DNA of 46,785 nucleotides from Flavobacteriales bacterium (GCA_046596155.1 JBKJNF010000251.1:1-46785); one strand, 5' to 3'. Shown: positions 17,742 to 27,095, counted from the first letter of the stretch. Made by a program: numbers and translations. The notes: generated from the letters alone by a model not told the origin.

Positions 17742-20438
17742 ATGAAGACCACATCAGGCAAACCCGGCACCGGGGCCACCACCCCCCTGATGCTGCAATA
17801 CAACCGCATCAAGGCCCAATATCCCGATGCCATCCTGCTCTTCCGCGTAGGTGACTTCTACGAGACCTTCGATGCCGATGCTCGCACCGCCAGTCGCATT
17901 CTGGGCATCACGCTGACCAAGCGCAATAACGGAGGCGCCTCGGACATGGACCTGGCGGGCTTCCCTTACCATTCGCTAGAGACCTACCTGCCTCGCTTGG
18001 TCCGCGCCGGACATCGTGTGGCGGTGTGCGACCAGCTCGAGGACCCCAAGCTGGCCAAGACCGTGGTTGAACGCGGCGTCACCGAGGTAGTGACGCCCGG
18101 CGTGTCCTTCAGCGACCGTGTTGTAGACCACAACCACCACAACTGGCTGGCCGCCGTTTGCCATGACCGCCAGCGCTATGGGGTGGCCTTCGTGGACGTG
18201 ACAACAGGTGAGTTCGCCGTGGGCGAAGGCGACCAGGCAACCGTAAGTAAGTTCATCGATGGCCACGCGCCTACCGAATTGCTTTACGCCCGCGGGGAGA
18301 AGGACCCGTTCGTCACCCAGTCCATCACGCGGCAATACGCGTTCGCACTGGAGGATTGGGCCTTCAACAGCGACTTGGCCCGTGAGCGCCTGCTCGCCAT
18401 GTTCGGCACCAACAGCTTGAAGGGCTTCGGCATCGAGGACTTGCCGCTTGCGCAACAGGCGGCAGGCGCAATCCTGCACTACCTCGGCGAAACACGTCAC
18501 GAACGCCTTGGGCACATCAATCGGATCGGTCGACTGCACGCGGGTACATACTTGGGACTCGACCGCTTCACTGTGCGCAACCTCGAACTGGTCGCCCCCT
18601 TGCACGAAGGCGCGCGCACCTTGCTGAATTGCATGGACCGCACCGTGACGCCCATGGGCGCCCGCATGCTGAAGCGCTGGTTGCTGTTTCCCCTGGTGGA
18701 CCGCGCGGACATCGAAGAGCGCCATTCGCGGGTGGAGGCGTTGCTGAAGGCGAACGACCTGCGCACCGGCCTGCGCGAGGCGTTGCAAGGCATCGGCGAT
18801 CTGGAACGCTTGGTGGGCAAGGCCGCTGTGGGCCGCATCAATCCGCGTGAAGTGCTGCAATTGGGGCGCTCGATCGGAGAGGCCGAACGCATTCATCGAG
18901 CATTATCATCGGCAGGTGAGCCATTGTCCCATGCTGCACAAGGGTGGGCGCCGCCGATGGACCTGGCCCAGCAGATCATGGCTTCCATCGAACCCGAAGC
19001 GCCGGTGAACGTGGCCAAGGGTGGCGTGCTACGTACCGGAGTGAACAAGGATCTGGACGATCTGCGGCATGTGACCACGCACGCCAAGGAGTTGCTGATG
19101 GAGGTGCAGCAGCGCGAAACGGAGCGAACCGGTATCACCTCACTGAAGGTGGGCTACAACAACGTCTTCGGGTACTACCTGGAAGTGCGTAACACGCACA
19201 AGGACAAAGTGCCGCCCGAGTGGACGCGCAAACAGACCTTGACCGGGGCCGAGCGCTACATCACCGAGGAACTGAAGTCGCTGGAAGAGCGCATCCTCAG
19301 CGCGGAGGAACGCATCCAGACCCTGGAACTGCACTTGTTCGGGCGCGTGGTGGAGGCGGTGATCGCCAACACGCAGACCCTGCAAGTGATGGCCGCGGCG
19401 CTGAGCCAGCTTGATGTGCTGATCAGCTTCGCGGAGACCGCCATCACGTGGAAGTACGTGCGCCCGAAGTTGACGGACGACGCACGCTTGGAGATCCGCG
19501 ATGGCCGACATCCGGTGATCGAACAACAACTGCCACCCGGTGAACCATACGTGGCCAACGACCTGGTGCTGGACCCGGACGACCGACAGATGGTGGTGAT
19601 CACCGGGCCCAACATGAGCGGCAAGAGCGCGCTGCTGCGGCAAACGGCCCTGCATGTGCTGATGGCGCAAAGCGGCAGTTTCATTCCAGCGCGTTCGGCC
19701 ACCATCGGCATCGTGGACCGGCTGTTCACGCGCGTGGGTGCCTCGGACGACATTTCCACGGGTGAAAGCACCTTCATGGTGGAGATGAACGAAACGGCCA
19801 GCATCCTGCACAACCTTACGGACCGAAGCTTGGTGCTGCTGGATGAGATCGGACGCGGCACCAGCACCTACGATGGTATCAGCATCGCGTGGTCCATCGC
19901 CGAATTCCTGCACGAGCATCCGGGTAGGCCGAAGACCCTCTTCGCCACCCACTACCACGAGCTGAACGAAATGTGCGAGAGCTACCCGCGCATCCGCAAC
20001 GCCAACGTGGCGGTGCGCGAGGTGGACGGCCGCATCCTGTTCCTGCGCAAACTGGTGCCGGGGGGCACGGACCGCAGCTTTGGCATTCATGTGGCGCGCA
20101 TGGCCGGTATGCCGCCCAGCGTGATCGAACGCGCACAGAAAGTGCTGCATCACCTTGAGCGCAGCCATGCTGGCGATCTGGGGGACGACTCCATGCCGGA
20201 AACAGACCTGGTTCCACTGAAGTCGGGCCCAAGCAAAGCTTCGAAGCCCGATACGGGTGGGTTGGACCGTGCGCCTCAGCTGAGCATCTTCCAACTGGAT
20301 GACCCTGCCCTGGAAGGCATCCGCGACCAGTTGGAGGCCTTGGACATTGACACGTTGACACCGGTGGACGCCTTGCTGAAGCTCAACGAGATCAAGCGTA
20401 TGAGCGGGGCCGGAAAGCGCCGTTCGCGCCTCGTCTGA
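17742..20438 (+). CDS. mutS: DNA mismatch repair protein MutS
   Basis: TPLMLQYNRIKAQYPDAILLFRVGDFYETF N-terminus. Walker A ITGPNMSGKS. STFMVEMNE motif. 898 aa. Confidence 0.97.
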   Translation: MKTTSGKPGTGATTPLMLQYNRIKAQYPDAILLFRVGDFYETFDADARTASRILGITLTKRNNGGASDMDLAGFPYHSLETYLPRLVRAGHRVAVCDQLEDPKLAKTVVERGVTEVVTPGVSFSDRVVDHNHHNWLAAVCHDRQRYGVAFVDVTTGEFAVGEGDQATVSKFIDGHAPTELLYARGEKDPFVTQSITRQYAFALEDWAFNSDLARERLLAMFGTNSLKGFGIEDLPLAQQAAGAILHYLGETRHERLGHINRIGRLHAGTYLGLDRFTVRNLELVAPLHEGARTLLNCMDRTVTPMGARMLKRWLLFPLVDRADIEERHSRVEALLKANDLRTGLREALQGIGDLERLVGKAAVGRINPREVLQLGRSIGEAERIHRALSSAGEPLSHAAQGWAPPMDLAQQIMASIEPEAPVNVAKGGVLRTGVNKDLDDLRHVTTHAKELLMEVQQRETERTGITSLKVGYNNVFGYYLEVRNTHKDKVPPEWTRKQTLTGAERYITEELKSLEERILSAEERIQTLELHLFGRVVEAVIANTQTLQVMAAALSQLDVLISFAETAITWKYVRPKLTDDARLEIRDGRHPVIEQQLPPGEPYVANDLVLDPDDRQMVVITGPNMSGKSALLRQTALHVLMAQSGSFIPARSATIGIVDRLFTRVGASDDISTGESTFMVEMNETASILHNLTDRSLVLLDEIGRGTSTYDGISIAWSIAEFLHEHPGRPKTLFATHYHELNEMCESYPRIRNANVAVREVDGRILFLRKLVPGGTDRSFGIHVARMAGMPPSVIERAQKVLHHLERSHAGDLGDDSMPETDLVPLKSGPSKASKPDTGGLDRAPQLSIFQLDDPALEGIRDQLEALDIDTLTPVDALLKLNEIKRMSGAGKRRSRLV

Positions 20439-20461
20439 TCGTCGGTAGCGTTTTTTCCAGC

Positions 20462-20491
20462 TTGTCAGTCCGGGCGCACATTCTATATTTG
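20462..20491 (+). promoter_or_regulatory. Consensus Bacteroidota sigma-A promoter upstream of tRNA-Gly
   Basis: TTG (20462-20464), an exactly 19-nt spacer, then TATATTTG (20484-20491). This is a perfect match to TTG-N19-TAnnTTTG, 42 nt before the tRNA. Confidence 0.6.
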
Positions 20492-20533
20492 CAGCCTCTT
20501 AATCGCCAAAGCGGGTTCGCTGCGGTGATCCAA

Positions 20534-20606
<73 letters not shown>

Positions 20607-20612
20607 CCGAAT

Positions 20613-20645
20613 GATGCCTCCCCACACGGGAGGCATCGTTATTTT
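20613..20645 (+). terminator. Strong hairpin plus T-tract between the two tRNAs (terminator or processing structure)
   Basis: GATGCCTCCC (20613-20622) pairs with GGGAGGCATC (20628-20637), followed by GTTATTTT. Confidence 0.6.
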
Positions 20646-20685
20646 CGACGAGCCTGTCCGCGGTTGCGCTTCAACAACGGACTCT

Positions 20686-20770
20686 GCCCGGGTGGTGAAA
20701 TGGTATACACGAGGGACTTAAAATCCCTTGGTCCGCAAGGGCCTTGCGGGTTCAAGTCCCGCCCCGGGCA
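20686..20770 (+). tRNA. tRNA-Leu (anticodon TAA), long variable arm
   Basis: Acceptor GCCCGGG/CCCGGGC. Anticodon arm AGGGA-CTTAAAA-TCCCT. Variable arm GGTCCGCAAGGGCC. T arm GCGGG-TTCAAGT-CCCGC. Discriminator A. Confidence 0.95.
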
Positions 20771-20784
20771 CCCACTCCTCTTCC

Positions 20785-21618
20785 GTGGCCATTGAGCTGC
20801 CCCGCGGGCTTCGCACCCGCCTTGCCCCCACCCCCAGCGGCTTCCTGCATGTGGGCAACGCCCTGAACTTTCTGCTGACCGAGGCACTGGCCAGAAGGGC
20901 CGGCGGTACGATCCTCTTGCGCATTGACGATCTGGATGCAGCGCGGGTGCGTCCTGAATATGTGCAGGACATCTTCGACTCGCTTCACTGGCTGGGCATC
21001 CGCTGGCAGGAGGGTCCACGGAACCCGACCGAACTCGCTGATCGCTGGTCGCAGCACCTGCGGCTGGCCCGCTACCACGCCATGCTCGGGCAACTCCGCG
21101 AAATGGACCAACTGTACGCGTGCGATTGTTCGCGCCAGTTGCTAGCTCAATGCCGATGCAGCACGCGTGGGCTGCCCTTCGACAACGGCCGCGTTGCCTG
21201 GCGATCGCGACTTCCCGCAGTCAACATCGAAGTGCCCGAATTGAACGGTAAGATCCGCCAGGTCGAGCTGCACAGTATAATAACGGACCCCGTTCTGAGG
21301 CAACGCAACGGACGGCCCGCTTACCACATCGCCTCGCTCGCCGATGATGAGGACTTCGCCATGGACCTGATCGTTCGCGGCGAGGATCTGCTTCCCTCGA
21401 CGGCGTTGCAACTGCACTTGGCTTCGATACTAGGACTGAGAAAGTTCCTCGCGGCGCGGTTCGTTCACCATGAGTTGATCACGGATCCCCAGGGAAGGAA
21501 GCTCTGCAAGTCCGCCGGTGATGAAGCACTGTCCACACTGCGCAGCAAGGGTTTGGACGCCAGCCTAATGCGCGCACGTGCCGAAGCACTGGCCAGCGAA
21601 CTGCGCGGAGACCGATAA
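20785..21618 (+). CDS. gluQ: Glutamyl-Q tRNA(Asp) synthetase-like protein (truncated GluRS paralogue)
   Basis: RLAPTPSGFLHVGNA (HIGH-like), LLRIDDLD, a Cys cluster CDCS...CRC and GRKLCKSAG (KMSKS-like). It has the length of a catalytic domain only. There is no ATG after the tRNA; GTG at 20785 is proposed, because the TTG at 20728 lies inside tRNA-Leu. Confidence 0.78.
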   Translation: MAIELPRGLRTRLAPTPSGFLHVGNALNFLLTEALARRAGGTILLRIDDLDAARVRPEYVQDIFDSLHWLGIRWQEGPRNPTELADRWSQHLRLARYHAMLGQLREMDQLYACDCSRQLLAQCRCSTRGLPFDNGRVAWRSRLPAVNIEVPELNGKIRQVELHSIITDPVLRQRNGRPAYHIASLADDEDFAMDLIVRGEDLLPSTALQLHLASILGLRKFLAARFVHHELITDPQGRKLCKSAGDEALSTLRSKGLDASLMRARAEALASELRGDR

Positions 21619-21622
21619 TCTT

Positions 21623-22567
21623 TTAGGAGACGGCCGCAGGAGGCGCAGGTGGCTGTTCGTCCTTCTTCCTGCCCGTGATGAAGCGCCAGACCGCACCGCC
21701 AGCAGCGATAAGGCCCAGGATGATCACTTTCCCGAACTTGGCCAGGATGGCGAAGATGCCCACCTTGGCCAGCACCTTGCCGGCCACCAGGCCGCCGATC
21801 GTCCATGCAGCCACGTCGTCCACCTTGCTGTCGAACTGCTCGTATTTATAGCCTTCGTTGAACTGCACGATGCCCAGCACGTCGTTCACATGCTGTTGCA
21901 CCAGAGGCAATTCGCTCATGTTGGCCACGGCATTCAGGATCAGCACGCCCTTCCGACCGAGCACTCGCACGTTGTAGTTCAAGGTATTCACCTCAGCGCT
22001 ATCGCCGAATTTGATCTCCTTGGCCCAGTGCAGGATCTTGCGGTCATTATCGTAGAACGGCTTGGCTGCCCAGCCGATCAAGTATGCTGGATCGTATCCG
22101 GTTTTTACGCGTTGATCGTTCTCCTCCTTCTCGCCCTTCTGCAACTCCTTGAGCATGTCATCATAATCCAAGTCATCGGCATCGTCGTCCTTCACGTAGC
22201 CGATCTCGTCATACTGGACCACGAAGGCGTATGAGCTATCCGCGAGCACATCATCGGCCTCCGGAAAGATCATGCCAAGCACGCCATTCGCGTCGGGGTT
22301 GCCCCAGAGTTCTACGATCACCCGCTCGCTCTGGGTCTTGTCGAGGAACTTGAATCCTTCTGGCAGGTTCAGCATGGCTACACCGCCTTCTAGTTCCACG
22401 CTTCCGTGTTGAAAGGTGAAGCCCGCCGTGGCCGAGTCCTGGTATTGCTCAATGAGGGCATGCACCTGGGCACTGTCCAACCCCACCGCGGCGGAGTCCT
22501 GGGAGTCAGGCTGTTCGAAAGGAGCGGCAAGCGTGGCGGCGAGGAAGATCGGGACGGGAAGACTCAT
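21623..22567 (-). CDS. DUF2167-like membrane-anchored protein
   Basis: ATG at 22567 (MSLPVPIFLAATLAAPF). The core ...LNLPEGFKFLDKTQSERVIVELWGNP...YNVRVLGRKGVLILNAV... and two C-terminal TM helices match my memory of the family. Confidence 0.75.
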   Translation of the reverse strand: MSLPVPIFLAATLAAPFEQPDSQDSAAVGLDSAQVHALIEQYQDSATAGFTFQHGSVELEGGVAMLNLPEGFKFLDKTQSERVIVELWGNPDANGVLGMIFPEADDVLADSSYAFVVQYDEIGYVKDDDADDLDYDDMLKELQKGEKEENDQRVKTGYDPAYLIGWAAKPFYDNDRKILHWAKEIKFGDSAEVNTLNYNVRVLGRKGVLILNAVANMSELPLVQQHVNDVLGIVQFNEGYKYEQFDSKVDDVAAWTIGGLVAGKVLAKVGIFAILAKFGKVIILGLIAAGGAVWRFITGRKKDEQPPAPPAAVS

Positions 22568-22613
22568 TTCGGCGGTTACGTCCGGCAATGATAGGAGTTC
22601 CGGGAAAATGAGG

Positions 22614-23756
22614 TCACTGAACCCAGTGCAAAGACGCACCTGGAACGAGGCCTTCGTCGCTGCGCTCAAGCAAGCCTTGCTCCCGCAGTAGCTCCACATC
22701 GCGAAGCAAGGTCTTGGGATTCAGTCGGGCATAAGTGCTGGCCAACTCGGGTGTAAGGAGGATGACCTTGTTCATCGGAACCGGTTCAGGCTGCTGTCGC
22801 AAGGCTTGAAGCAGTTGCATCCGGCGTGCACCGCTCGGGGAATGGTCGGGATCGAGCAACTGGCGGAGATGAGCATCGAGCAACACATCCTGCTGTGCGT
22901 GATGTACCTCCTTCCGCAAGGCGCCCAACCCTTCGCAAAGTTGCCTGGCCTGATGGGCCACGAAGGGGATCGGGTCGCCCACACCCTTGGCGGCGTGGGC
23001 TGCTTCGCGAAAATGCCCAGCGCGACCGATGGACGCCTGCTCGACCCATTGGAAGGCCACCATCGGTGGCACCCCCGTTTCGCGGAGCAGTTGGTAGCCC
23101 ACCAACCAGGCCGTGCGCACGTTGCCTTCGGCGAACGGGCGGATCCACAAGATGTAGAGATGGGCCAGAAAGGCCCGTACCAGGCCAAAGGCCATGCGTT
23201 CCTCCTCGTGTTCGGGTAGGAAGCGGTCCGCGCCGAGCCATTCGCATAGGCGTTCCATCAAAAAGCCGATGTCCTGGGCGGGTGCACCACCCGTGGCCGT
23301 GGCCGCCTGTCGCACCGTCCGATAGTCACCCGGCGGGGAGTCATCCTCCCATGGCAGGCTTTTCAGCACTTGGGTATTGAGCAGCTGTATGCTCCATGGG
23401 CTGAGCTGTCGGTCTCCGGCTTGCAGCCGGTCATCCGTCCAGGCCACCGCTTTCATCAAATTGTCGATCTCCTGGGAGAGGTAGAGCTGGCCGTTCGGTA
23501 ATACGAGTTGACCCTGAAGATGCTTTTCTACTTGGAGCAAGGACAAGGTATTGCCCTCCATGACGGCCATGGCGTGCACCCCTTGGGCGAGGTGGGAACG
23601 ATGCAAGCTGAGGGCAGCATCCGGGGTTAGCGGCGCCTCGGCGATGCAGTGGCCGGAGGTAGCCGCCTGACCTAACAATAGCCATGTTGGATACGGTACG
23701 CGACGTGGCTCCCAGCGATAACTGATCCAAGGATATGTCTGCTCGTATGTCCGCAT
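22614..23756 (-). CDS. Fic/DOC-family protein with degenerate active-site motif and C-terminal winged-helix-like domain
   Basis: Fic-fold context: ...AFLAHLYILWIRPFAEGNVRTAWLVGYQLL... The motif at 23106-23141 is RPFAEGNVRTAW where HPFx(D/E)GNGRxxR is expected. Confidence 0.8.
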   Translation of the reverse strand: MRTYEQTYPWISYRWEPRRVPYPTWLLLGQAATSGHCIAEAPLTPDAALSLHRSHLAQGVHAMAVMEGNTLSLLQVEKHLQGQLVLPNGQLYLSQEIDNLMKAVAWTDDRLQAGDRQLSPWSIQLLNTQVLKSLPWEDDSPPGDYRTVRQAATATGGAPAQDIGFLMERLCEWLGADRFLPEHEEERMAFGLVRAFLAHLYILWIRPFAEGNVRTAWLVGYQLLRETGVPPMVAFQWVEQASIGRAGHFREAAHAAKGVGDPIPFVAHQARQLCEGLGALRKEVHHAQQDVLLDAHLRQLLDPDHSPSGARRMQLLQALRQQPEPVPMNKVILLTPELASTYARLNPKTLLRDVELLREQGLLERSDEGLVPGASLHWVQ

Positions 23757-23929
23757 GGCTGTCCAAAGGTGATGTCCGCAGAAGCCGCTGAATATGTGTT
23801 GAATAGGTTTACCATGAACAGGTCATTGTCCATTCCGAGGTACAACGCGGTTGGCAAATGTCACTTCCTATTTCGGAGCGCCGTGTTCAAGAGCCCATCG
23901 CCACTTGATCCGCCCCCCTACAGCGCTAG

Positions 23930-24313
23930 TTACAAGCGCTTCAGCAAGGCCAGTAAGGCGATGAACACCCCAGCCGCTGCAAGGCTCATGGTGATCATCG
24001 CCACACCTGCGCCGCGCTCGTCACGATCTCGACATTGGCGGGAACCGACGTAGGCGACCGCAAGGGCCCCGAGACAACCCAGCAAGAGCAACTCCGTGCT
24101 CTGAGCCGGGATGGCCAACGCTAGGGCGAGGATCAATGGCAAGGGCGAACCAGTTCCATTTCCGGGGTGACTCCGGTTCGTCCTGAACGGTTCGTGGAGC
24201 GCGTATTTGTGGAGCGATGGTCGTTCGACCGGCATTTTGCGATCCATTGCGAGATCGCTGGAGTGGGCTGAGCTCGGCGATCGGCTCTGCATCGGATCTG
24301 AAGGCTTGACCAT
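23930..24313 (-). CDS. Hypothetical membrane ORF (C-terminal TM helices); may be the distal part of a gene interrupted by TGA
   Basis: The C-terminus SPLPLILALALAIP...LLLLGCLGALAVAYV...VAMITMSLAAAGVFIALLALL is hydrophobic. It is in the same frame as ORF 24365..24553 and open back to position 24364. Confidence 0.3.
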   Translation of the reverse strand: MVKPSDPMQSRSPSSAHSSDLAMDRKMPVERPSLHKYALHEPFRTNRSHPGNGTGSPLPLILALALAIPAQSTELLLLGCLGALAVAYVGSRQCRDRDERGAGVAMITMSLAAAGVFIALLALLKRL

Positions 24314-24364
24314 CAGACAGTTCCACGGATCGCTGCAGCTCGTTCTTGGGGCTGCGGCCTGAAT

Positions 24365-24553
24365 TCACTCCGTTCGCGCTGAACCGATCCGCTGTGCGCG
24401 GGTGCCATGCGTTCCATGATCCCTCTGGGACAAGTCGACGTGCCAACCGGACCGGTAATGCCGCTTCGCTAAGCGCTCATCACCAGAGAAGGCGCGTTGG
24501 TTGCCGCAGGAGGAAAGCAGGAGCAGGAGGAGGAGCAGGAATTGCGGGCGCAC
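24365..24553 (-). CDS. Small putative lipoprotein ORF (GTG start)
   Basis: MRPQFLLLLLLLLSSCGNQ is a lipoprotein signal with a lipobox Cys. It is followed by AKRHYRSGWHVDL, a motif I recall from small Bacteroidota lipoproteins. The ORF ends at TGA 24365-24367. Confidence 0.4.
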   Translation of the reverse strand: MRPQFLLLLLLLLSSCGNQRAFSGDERLAKRHYRSGWHVDLSQRDHGTHGTRAQRIGSARTE

Positions 24554-24576
24554 GGGTGGGTTATGACAAATCGCAA

Positions 24577-24635
24577 CGTCCCAGAACCTCCTCTGGATCG
24601 GACGATCAAAGATCGCTTCGTCCCAGAACCTCCTC
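24577..24635. repeat. Perfect 17-bp direct repeat, 42 bp apart
   Basis: CGTCCCAGAACCTCCTC occurs at 24577-24593 and 24619-24635. On the minus strand it reads GAGGAGGTTCTGGGACG. It lies between the ade stop (24656) and the small-ORF start (24553). Confidence 0.85.
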
Positions 24636-24655
24636 GCGAATGCGGTCAGGAAGGA

Positions 24656-26275
24656 TCAGGTGAGGAGTTGGAACGTATCGCCGTCGAAGAGGCCCTTATC
24701 GCTCATCTTCAGGTGTGGTATCACCAGCAAGGCCATGAAGCTGAGGGTCATGTAGGGCGCTCCCAAGGTGCTGCCCAACACCTTCGCTTCACGGTCCATT
24801 TCGGCATAGGCGTCGGAGACCAAGTAGGCATCGGCGTCGCTCATGATGCCGGCGATGGGAAGGGGAAGCACCCGGTGCTTTTCGCCATCAGCCAGACTGA
24901 TGCCGCCCCGCTCGCGGATCACCAGGTTGATGGCGGCGCATAGGTCCTGATCGTTCGTGCCGACGGCCACGATGTTATGGCTGTCGTGCGCCACGCTACC
25001 CGCAATGGCCCCGCACTTCAGGCCGATGTTGGTGATCCACCCCACAGCAGGCGGCGCATCGTGGTAGCGGTTCACCACGGCGATCTTCAGCAGGTCCTTT
25101 TCGGTATCCGCGATACAAGCGTCACCGAACACGGTTGGCGGCATCCACTTCTTCGGCGTGATCAACTGGCCATCCAGCGCTTCGATCACGAGCAAGGCCT
25201 CCGTCCGGGCAGGAACGTGGAAGTCCGCCACTTCTTTCGGCAGGCAGTTGAATTGGTTCGGGCGCAGGGACGGGACGCTGGTGATGAGGCTCCTACCCTC
25301 CTCGGCCACCAATTGCCCTTTGATCCAGGTCCGCTGCGCTTTGAAGCCTTGCAGGTCTTTCACCTGCACAAAGTCGGCAGGATCACCCACGCGCAACTGG
25401 CCGACCGGAAGCTTGTAATGTGCAACTGGATTCAGGCAGGCCACGCGCAACACATCGAAGACATCATGCCCGAAGGCCACCGCGCGGGCGCAGAGCTCGT
25501 TGATGTGGCCCAGTACGAGACTGTCGGGGTGCTTGTCGTCACTGCAGAACATCAGGTGTTCGGCATGGTCATGGATCAGGCCGATCAGCGCGTCGAAGTT
25601 CCTGGCGGCACTGCCTTCGCGGATCAGGATCTTCATGCCACAGGCCAGTTTGTCCAAGGCTTCTTCGCGTGTGAAGCACTCGTGATCGGTGTTGATGCCG
25701 GCAGCGATGTATTGCTTGGCCAACTCGCCTCGAAGTCCGGGGGCATGACCGTCCACCGGTTTACCCAGGCGATGGGCGTGGGCGATCTTGGCCAACACCT
25801 CGGGATCGGCGTTGAGCACCCCAGGGAAGTTCATCATCTCGGCCAAGTAGCCGATGTCGGGGTTGGCGAGAAGACGGCCGGTGGCCTCAGCATCAATGTG
25901 GGCCCCGGCTGTTTCGAACGAGGTAGCGGGAACGCAGGAAGGCGCACCAAAACAGAAATGGAAGGGCACCTGTTTGCCGTTGGCGATCATGAACTCCACG
26001 CCTTCCACCCCAAGCACGTTGGCGATCTCGTGCGGGTCGCTCACCGTGGCCACCGTGCCATGCGTTACCGCCAGCCGCGCGAATTCAGAGGGAATGAGCA
26101 TGCTGCTCTCCACGTGCACGTGTGCATCCACAAAACCAGGTAACAGGTAGCCTACGACCGGACCGGAGAACTCCGTGATGGAGGAGATGCGCCCTTCGAT
26201 CAACCCGACCTCCGCCGGAAAGATGCGGCGAGCGCGGATGTCGACAAGGTTCGTCTGGAGGTGGAACGAGGACAT
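24656..26275 (-). CDS. ade: Adenine deaminase
   Basis: GYLLPGFVDAHVHVESSMLIPSEFARLAVTHGTVATVSDPHEIANV is the amidohydrolase/adenine deaminase N-terminal signature. 539 aa. Confidence 0.93.
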   Translation of the reverse strand: MSSFHLQTNLVDIRARRIFPAEVGLIEGRISSITEFSGPVVGYLLPGFVDAHVHVESSMLIPSEFARLAVTHGTVATVSDPHEIANVLGVEGVEFMIANGKQVPFHFCFGAPSCVPATSFETAGAHIDAEATGRLLANPDIGYLAEMMNFPGVLNADPEVLAKIAHAHRLGKPVDGHAPGLRGELAKQYIAAGINTDHECFTREEALDKLACGMKILIREGSAARNFDALIGLIHDHAEHLMFCSDDKHPDSLVLGHINELCARAVAFGHDVFDVLRVACLNPVAHYKLPVGQLRVGDPADFVQVKDLQGFKAQRTWIKGQLVAEEGRSLITSVPSLRPNQFNCLPKEVADFHVPARTEALLVIEALDGQLITPKKWMPPTVFGDACIADTEKDLLKIAVVNRYHDAPPAVGWITNIGLKCGAIAGSVAHDSHNIVAVGTNDQDLCAAINLVIRERGGISLADGEKHRVLPLPIAGIMSDADAYLVSDAYAEMDREAKVLGSTLGAPYMTLSFMALLVIPHLKMSDKGLFDGDTFQLLT

Positions 26276-26301
26276 GCGGCCAAGGTAGCCGCGTCACCCG
26301 A

Positions 26302-27033
26302 TCAATCCGCCAACCTCAGCTTGATCACGCCCGTTGCGTTCAGCAGCCAGATCACCGGCCAAGTGGGGTCGAACTCCCACCACTTCTGACCGAAGTTGGG
26401 ACTGGCCGCATGCGTGTGGTGGTTGTTGTGCAAGCCCTCGCCCATCATGATCACATCCCACGGCATCATGTTCTTGCTGGTGTTGTCCGTGGGGTAGCTC
26501 ACGTAGCCATACTTGTGTGCATACCAGTTGATGATCATGCCATGCAATGGCCCCATGACGAACTGCAGAGGCAGAAAAAGCCACTGCCACCAAGCCGTGG
26601 CGAAGAAGTAGTAGAACGATCCATAGAGCAGTCCCCACGCAACGCGGCTGATCCAGCTTTCACCGATACGCTCCATGACCTTCCAGTGCGGCAGGTCACG
26701 TGTAAAACGATCCTCCGGCTTTTCGGTGCCGTAGAGCAGACCATTGTAATGACCTGCGGTCTTCCACATCATCTTGAAAGGATCCTCATCATACTTCGGT
26801 GAGTGCGGATCCTGCTCGGTGTCAGCATAAACATGGTGAGCCCGATGCATCATGCCGTACACCGCCGGGTTGAGGTAGCTGCTGCCTTGGCAGATCCAGG
26901 TGAACACATGGAAGAACTTCTCCCAGAACGGGCTCATGGTGAACATGCGGTGCGCACTATACCGGTGCAGGTAAAAGGTCTGCACGAAAAGCGAGAGGTA
27001 CCAGTGCGCGACGAAGAAGATGAGGATGGACAT
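26302..27033 (-). CDS. Acyl-CoA (delta-9 type) fatty acid desaturase
   Basis: Three His boxes: HRYSAHRMF, HRAHHVYAD and EGLHNNHHTH. The ATG at 27033 (MSILIFFVAHW) is preferred to the TTG at 27045. Confidence 0.9.
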   Translation of the reverse strand: MSILIFFVAHWYLSLFVQTFYLHRYSAHRMFTMSPFWEKFFHVFTWICQGSSYLNPAVYGMMHRAHHVYADTEQDPHSPKYDEDPFKMMWKTAGHYNGLLYGTEKPEDRFTRDLPHWKVMERIGESWISRVAWGLLYGSFYYFFATAWWQWLFLPLQFVMGPLHGMIINWYAHKYGYVSYPTDNTSKNMMPWDVIMMGEGLHNNHHTHAASPNFGQKWWEFDPTWPVIWLLNATGVIKLRLAD

Positions 27034-27095
27034 TGCGGGTGCCAAGTTATCTACGATGGGGGTCGGCGTTCCCCGTGCTTACTTCCATAGTTGAT

